Source of the DNA: Minisyncoccota bacterium
GTDB taxonomy: Bacteria; Patescibacteriota; Minisyncoccia; JAHIHE01; JAGLIN01
DNA: 64,000 bases
NCBI GenBank assembly: GCA_028690055.1
Contig: JAQVBZ010000002.1
Span: 29,978-93,977, forward strand
Direction of reading: 5' to 3'
Under the pieces are notes generated by a model, which was not told the origin of the DNA, did no database searches, and saw nothing but the letters and a program-made list of their open reading frames with translations. Positions 59,230 to 64,000 of the stretch are shown piece by piece. A program made the translations under genes and the position numbers. Position 1 is the first letter of the stretch. Each line of letters opens with the position of its first letter.

Positions 59230-61455
59230 ATGGACATTAACCTTGTGGATGAGAATGTGGTGTTTGTTACTTTGATTGTTATCGCGGACATCTATCTCGG
59301 GTGTTGGGTTTATCTTAGCAATAAAAAATCGAATGCTAACAGGCAGTTTCTTGGTTTAACTCTGCTTCTCTTTTTGTGGGCATTATTCTGCTACGAGAAA
59401 AGTATTCTTCCCGCGTATATCAGTATCGTTCTTGTAAGATCCGCCTATGCCGTGGTTGCTTTATTTTTTGCTTTATTCCATTTCTTTCTTAACAATTTTC
59501 CCAAAGAAGGGAAGACTAATCGGATTTTTGACAAAATAATTCTTTGTGTCGGTGCTTTTCTCGCACTTTTTTCTTTCGATGAAAGTATGGTGGAAGGTAT
59601 AATTGTCATTAATGATAAAAACGTTCCCGCGCTGGGTGACGGACGGTTTATTTATTTGGGTCTGATATCACTTTTGATTTTATTTATTACAGTCAAATTC
59701 TTCAGGAAATATCGGAATTTTTCTAAAGTAGAGAAACTCAAGGCGGAATATTTTTTTATTGGATTTGTTATTTTTATAGCCATAAACTTTGTTTTTAATA
59801 TAGCTATTCCTGTATTGCAGGGGAATGCTCAATATTCTTGTCTGGGAAATCATGCGGCAATATTTTTTTTGGTTTTGACTGCTTATGCAATCGTCAAGCG
59901 TGAACTTATGGATATAGAGACTCTGCTTGCACAGATGTTGGTTGTAATTATTTCTTTTTTACTCTTTCTGGATATAATCTTTTTTTCAAATAGTTCCAGT
60001 ATCCAAGTGATAAAAATCGGCATCTTGCTGATATTTATTTTTTTAGGTAAGAAATTAGTAAAAAGTGTAAAGTCGGAAATCGAAGCGAAAGAAAAAATAC
60101 AGAAGGTGAATTCCAGTCTAAAGGAGAGAAATCAAGACCTTCACACTCTGTTCGAGACGAGCAATCGAGTGAGCCAAAGCCTTGATTCCAAAAAGATTTC
60201 ACAGGACGTTGTGGATAGCATACCTAAAGATTTGAAATATTTGGGTTATGCGTTCGGTGTAATCGCGCTTTATGATAAAGAAAAGGATTGTCTATGCGTA
60301 TATGCAGTTACAGATTCTGCATTGATGCGTAAGATGGAGGAAGAGACCCAGATTTCCATCAGCCAATTCCGCAAACACTTGTCTACGCATAATAATCTTA
60401 TAATCCGTACTATTAAAGATAAGAAGACTTACGTCGGCGACAATCTGGAGGATTTTTTTAGCGGTCTCATAGAAAAGGAAAAAAATGAGGAGATGCAGAA
60501 GATTTTGAAAGTGGGATCTTTTGTTTCGGTTCCTCTTTTTTCGTCCAGACGGGCGATAGGTGCTATTATTTTCGCTAATGAGAAGCAGGTCGGTTCTATC
60601 ACGGAAAGGAGCAAGGATATTATTTGCGCCTTTGCGTCTCACATCGGATCCTCTATTGAAAACGCGCAGCTTTACGAGAAGACTAACTCTCAGATGAAGG
60701 AAAAAGCACATCTTAACATAAGCTTACGTAAAGCGAATATTAAACTCAATGAGCTTTTGGAAATGAAGAATGAATTTTTACACATAACCTCTCATCAACT
60801 CAGGACTCCGATGACCGCCATCCGTGGAATGATTTCAATGTGGATCGAGGGAGACTTTGATAAGATGCCCAAGAAGAGAAAGGGTGAGATGCTAAGTAGG
60901 ATTTATGCCAGCGCGGAACGTCTCAATAATATCACTAACGATATGCTGGATGCATTGGAGTTTGAAGGTGGTGTTACGCAGATAACTTTCCAAAAGGTTA
61001 ACGTAGTGGAAATTATTAATGGCATGATAGAGACATTGAAATCGGAATATGATAAGAGGGGTTTATACCTGAGGCTCAGTGCTGTCAAGGAAGAGATTCC
61101 GGAAGTGGAGGGTGAGGCAAATTATTTGGGGCAGGTGTTTATGAATCTCATCGACAATGCCTGCAAGTATACGCGGAAGGGAGGGGTAAAAATTACTGTG
61201 AAAGCCGGCGTCAAATACGTCTACGTTTCTATTAGTGATACTGGTATCGGTATAGATCGGGAAGATAAAGGGAAAATTTTCGATAAATTTACTCGAGGTA
61301 AGAACGCTATGACGGAAAACGCTTCGGGGAGCGGCTTAGGTCTTTTTGTTGTTAAAAAGATCCTTGATGAGCATAACGGTAAAATAGCGATAAAAAGCAA
61401 TGGTGTGAGGAAGGGGACGACCTTTGAAGTTTCTCTTCTTATAAAGCAAAAATAA
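59230..61455 (+). CDS. Sensor histidine kinase with N-terminal multi-TM sensor, GAF-like domain, HisKA and HATPase_c
   Basis: About 8 TM helices; H-box FLHITSHQLRTPMTAI; N and G boxes (LIDNACKYT; SDTGIGI; GSGLGLFVVKKIL). Confidence 0.85.
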   Translation: MDINLVDENVVFVTLIVIADIYLGCWVYLSNKKSNANRQFLGLTLLLFLWALFCYEKSILPAYISIVLVRSAYAVVALFFALFHFFLNNFPKEGKTNRIFDKIILCVGAFLALFSFDESMVEGIIVINDKNVPALGDGRFIYLGLISLLILFITVKFFRKYRNFSKVEKLKAEYFFIGFVIFIAINFVFNIAIPVLQGNAQYSCLGNHAAIFFLVLTAYAIVKRELMDIETLLAQMLVVIISFLLFLDIIFFSNSSSIQVIKIGILLIFIFLGKKLVKSVKSEIEAKEKIQKVNSSLKERNQDLHTLFETSNRVSQSLDSKKISQDVVDSIPKDLKYLGYAFGVIALYDKEKDCLCVYAVTDSALMRKMEEETQISISQFRKHLSTHNNLIIRTIKDKKTYVGDNLEDFFSGLIEKEKNEEMQKILKVGSFVSVPLFSSRRAIGAIIFANEKQVGSITERSKDIICAFASHIGSSIENAQLYEKTNSQMKEKAHLNISLRKANIKLNELLEMKNEFLHITSHQLRTPMTAIRGMISMWIEGDFDKMPKKRKGEMLSRIYASAERLNNITNDMLDALEFEGGVTQITFQKVNVVEIINGMIETLKSEYDKRGLYLRLSAVKEEIPEVEGEANYLGQVFMNLIDNACKYTRKGGVKITVKAGVKYVYVSISDTGIGIDREDKGKIFDKFTRGKNAMTENASGSGLGLFVVKKILDEHNGKIAIKSNGVRKGTTFEVSLLIKQK

Positions 61456-61752
61456 TATTATGGGATTCGTTGGAGGAATGAAGTGGGTATTAAAAACAAT
61501 TTTGAGAATAAATTTAAGCTCAAGTCAATTCCTTTAATTTCCGATATTGCAACGGCGAACGTGATGGAACAATTGTCGGACAAATCTTTGCAAATCGGAA
61601 ATGATTTTGAGGGAAAAATAGCTAGTGGGGAATAACTTTATATTAAATATAGAAACTCAGCTGTGGATAGCCGAGTTTTTTGATATGTTTTTGCGGTAAA
61701 TATGGCTATATAGAGCCAATAAATGGCTATTTCTGACTTTGGGGAGATAGTA

Positions 61753-61781
61753 TTGGCAAATGTCTTGAAGTGGTGTATAAT
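61753..61781 (+). promoter_or_regulatory. Promoter TTGGCA-17-TATAAT of the mraZ/dcw operon
   Basis: TTGGCA at 61753..61758; TATAAT at 61776..61781. Confidence 0.5.
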
Positions 61782-61790
61782 GGAGTTACA

Positions 61791-61840
61791 GGTGGTAAAA
61801 GTGGATGAAAGTGGGGAAAACCTGGATAAATTGTGGATAA
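61791..61840 (+). promoter_or_regulatory. MraZ-box array: five direct 10-bp repeats (GGTGGTAAAA / GTGGATGAAA / GTGGGGAAAA / CCTGGATAAA / TTGTGGATAA)
   Basis: GTGG-containing direct repeats with 10-bp periodicity immediately downstream of the -10 element and upstream of mraZ. Confidence 0.6.
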
Positions 61841-61849
61841 CTCAAACAA

Positions 61850-62281
61850 ATGTTCATCGGGGAATACAATCACAACTTGGATGAGAAGGGAAGATTGGCC
61901 ATACCGGTCAAGTTTCGCGATGAACTAAAAGGCGGTGCGGTAGTGACTAAAGGTCTTGATGGTTGTTTGTTTATGTATCCGATGAACGAATGGAAGGTTT
62001 TGGCGGATAAACTCAGTCAATTGCCTATCAGCCAGGCGAATACCCGGGCTTTTGCGAGATTGATGCTTGCCGGCGCCATGGATGTTTCTTTGGATAAGCA
62101 GGGAAGGATTATGATTCCTGATTATCTAAGGAAATATATCAATCTATCTAAGAAGGTTATAATCAATGGGCTTTATAACCGCTTGGAAATCTGGGACGAA
62201 GACGGTTGGGATGAGTACAAAAAGAAGACTGAAGCTGACAGTGGGACAATCGCTGAGCAGTTGGGCGGAATCGGGATTTAA
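61850..62281 (+). CDS. mraZ: Transcriptional regulator MraZ
   Basis: MFIGEYNHNLDEKGRLAIP...DKQGRIMIP is the duplicated MraZ/SpoVT-AbrB-like motif. 143 aa. Confidence 0.92.
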   Translation: MFIGEYNHNLDEKGRLAIPVKFRDELKGGAVVTKGLDGCLFMYPMNEWKVLADKLSQLPISQANTRAFARLMLAGAMDVSLDKQGRIMIPDYLRKYINLSKKVIINGLYNRLEIWDEDGWDEYKKKTEADSGTIAEQLGGIGI

Positions 62282-62321
62282 AAATAATCAAATACTTTAA
62301 GCTGTTAAAATACAGGTCATT

Positions 62322-62412
62322 ACTCTCTCTCATCCCGACCTCTTTCCTAATGGGAGAAGGGGGGGCTGGTATCCGCAATGATGAAACAGTAAAAACGAAT
62401 TTAATTTGGCAT
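62322..62412 (+). repeat. Family-3 repeat (degenerate: CATCCCGACCTCTTTCC-TAAT-GGGAGAAGGGGGGG ... TTAATTTGGCAT)
   Basis: Retains the 3' TTAATTTGGCAT tail found at 40401; lies just upstream of rsmH. Confidence 0.5.
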
Positions 62413-62431
62413 AAATCTAATAAATATATAA

Positions 62432-63379
62432 ATGTCCTATTCTCATATTCCAGTTTTACTAAATGAGGTATTGCAATTCCTCGATCCCCAGCCGGGAGAG
62501 AATTTGATTGATGGTACGGTAGGCGGTGGTGGACATAGCAAGGCGATTCTGGAAAAGACTGGTCCGGATGGAAAGCTATTGGGAATTGATATGGATGCGG
62601 AGGCGATTGAAGCTTGCCGGATGAATCTCGACAAATTTGAGAATAGAATAATCTTGGAAAGAGACAATTACTTGGATTTTAAAAGGCTGAAGGAAAAGAA
62701 CGATTTTGAGTCACTGGATCTTTTCTTTCTTGATTTGGGAATATCTTCCAAGCAATTGGACGATGAGATGCTCGGAATTTCGTTTTTGAAGAATTCGCCG
62801 TTGGATATGCGTTTGGGCGGAGAGGAGATTACCGGCGGGGTAAGCGCGGAGAAGATACTCAATAGTTACAGTGAAGAAAAGATTTTCGATATAATAAAAA
62901 ATTACGGCGAAGAGAGATATGCAAAGCTCATTGCCAGAGAAATAGTCAAGGTAAGGAAAGAAAAAAGGATTGAAAGCACGAAAGAACTCGTGGATATCAT
63001 CAGTGATTCGGTGCCGGGGAAATACAAGCATGGCAGGATCCATTTCGCTACGCGCACTTTCCAGGCGCTGCGTATCGCGGTAAATGCTGAGCTGATCAAC
63101 TTGGAGAAAGTCTTGCCGCAGATACTTGAGGAGATGGAAGTCGGTGGACGGATCGGAATCATCTCTTTCCATTCGCTGGAAGACCGGATTGTGAAGAGAT
63201 TCTTTGCTACCGAGTCTCGGGACTGCATCTGCGGACCGGAAGTTCCCGTTTGTGTTTGTGGGCATCAGAAGAGACTGCAGCTTCTTACAAAAAAACCGGC
63301 CAGAGCGTCGTTGGAAGAGATGGAAAGAAATCCCCGAGCCCGGAGCGCCAAGCTCAGAGTTGCAAAAAAAATAATCTAA
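62432..63379 (+). CDS. rsmH: 16S rRNA (cytosine1402-N4)-methyltransferase RsmH (MraW)
   Basis: HIPVLLNEVL...DGTVGGGGHS...SFHSLEDRIVK. Confidence 0.93.
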   Translation: MSYSHIPVLLNEVLQFLDPQPGENLIDGTVGGGGHSKAILEKTGPDGKLLGIDMDAEAIEACRMNLDKFENRIILERDNYLDFKRLKEKNDFESLDLFFLDLGISSKQLDDEMLGISFLKNSPLDMRLGGEEITGGVSAEKILNSYSEEKIFDIIKNYGEERYAKLIAREIVKVRKEKRIESTKELVDIISDSVPGKYKHGRIHFATRTFQALRIAVNAELINLEKVLPQILEEMEVGGRIGIISFHSLEDRIVKRFFATESRDCICGPEVPVCVCGHQKRLQLLTKKPARASLEEMERNPRARSAKLRVAKKII

Positions 63380-63400
63380 ACAATAACAAAGATAAATAAG

Positions 63401-63778
63401 ATGGCAAAGTTAAGAAGCCGAAGCTCACGCTTTGAAAAAAAGAAAATCGTATTTGCAAGTGCGAAAAGAAAGACGGTATCCCAAAAGTTGAGGGACAGCG
63501 AATCTTTTCTTACTATTTTATCGATTTTTTGTTTGACTATAATCGGCGTTTCTTATATTTTCCAAACCAACAGTATGGCAACATCGGGATATGAGGTAGA
63601 AGAATATCAAAATCGGCTGGATGCTCTTCGCAATGATAATCAGAATATGAAAAATGAGGAGGCAGAACTGCGTTCTATCAAGAACTTGGAGGATGAGAAG
63701 GGCAGGCTTTGCGAGGTGGACTCTTCGGAAATTGATTATGTGACTTATACAGATACGGCGGTTGCCATGAGACGATAG
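63401..63778 (+). CDS. ftsL: FtsL-like cell-division protein (single TM + coiled coil)
   Basis: Basic N-terminus, TM helix LTILSIFCLTIIGVSYIF, coiled coil LDALRNDNQNMKNEEAELRS. Position between rsmH and ftsI. Confidence 0.6.
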   Translation: MAKLRSRSSRFEKKKIVFASAKRKTVSQKLRDSESFLTILSIFCLTIIGVSYIFQTNSMATSGYEVEEYQNRLDALRNDNQNMKNEEAELRSIKNLEDEKGRLCEVDSSEIDYVTYTDTAVAMRR

Positions 63779-63808
63779 ATATAATTAATATTTGGGGGCT
63801 CTGCAAGA

Positions 63809-64000
63809 TATGAAAGCGAAAAGAAAAGCAAAAAAAGTAAGTGGGTCAGACTCGCGGATGCAGTTCTTAATCACTGCGATTTTTTTGTTATTTGCTCTAA
63901 TTTTTTTGAGGTTGTGTCAATTGCAGGTCTTCAAGCACGGATTTTACAGCGCTCTTGCCCAGGGACAGCATGAACTATATACCAAGATCATTCCGCAGCG
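63809..64000 (+). CDS. ftsI: Penicillin-binding protein (FtsI/PBP2-like), N-terminal fragment running off the window
   Basis: ATG at 63809; MKAKRKAKK...RMQFLITAIFLLFALIFLRLCQLQVFKHGFYSALAQGQHE is the typical PBP N-terminal TM plus dimerisation-domain start. Confidence 0.7.

Noticed and set aside
61483-61641. 52-aa GTG-initiated ORF after the second histidine kinase
   Set aside because: Plausible GGAGGA RBS but very short, no homology, and a non-ATG start. Insufficient support to call.

Overview
This is a 64 kb, mostly plus-strand, low-GC chromosomal segment read in the standard genetic code; dnaK, pyrG, priA and cysS contain no in-frame TGA. Gene content and style (compact housekeeping genes, many small hypothetical proteins, orphan sensor kinases, S/T-rich membrane-anchored proteins) suggest a small-genome bacterium, possibly CPR/Patescibacteria-like. 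That assignment is inference only.

Recognisable genes, in order:
- a WecA/TagO-family transferase (5' partial)
- rplU, recR(-), dnaB(-), cysS(-), corA(-)
- the hrcA-grpE-dnaK heat-shock operon with a CIRCE operator and an inserted small Cys-rich desulforedoxin-like ORF
- a four-gene MacAB-like ABC efflux cluster (HlyD-like adaptor, ATPase, two FtsX permeases) preceded by an AbrB-like regulator
- rny-ymdB and hup
- a cell-envelope glycopolymer block (GT4 glycosyltransferase, O-antigen-ligase-like, LCP, CtpA)
- rplI, pyrG, two tandem paralogous membrane-anchored proteins, rpmA(-), a THUMP-type RNA methyltransferase(-), priA(-), an AMMECR1 protein(-)
- three tRNA-Pro isoacceptors (TGG, CGG, GGG) interleaved with a NUDIX gene and an HD-domain gene
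- two large secreted hypothetical proteins, a GIY-YIG protein, rpmB(-), an M50 peptidase, rpsL-rpsG
- a cysteine-desulfurase-like class V aminotransferase, two sensor histidine kinases with no response regulator, and mraZ-rsmH-ftsL-ftsI (3' partial)

The most unusual feature is the intergenic space. It is densely populated by several families of short palindromic repeats:
- REP/BIME-like inverted doublets with a conserved 5' GGAGTAGC (GTAG) followed by one of three interchangeable GC-rich hairpins, in at least six loci
- a GGGAT...GAATGACAG hairpin family with compensatory stem changes, including a ~239 bp tandem duplication
- a ~100 bp CCCTCTCCC-GATG-GGAGAGGG element found upstream of genes

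Separately, a ~150 bp copy of the rpsG 3' end is fused in frame to the C-terminus of a histidine kinase 3.3 kb downstream of rpsG. Together with rpsG's own 3' end, this brackets a 3.3 kb cargo segment that looks like an insertion.
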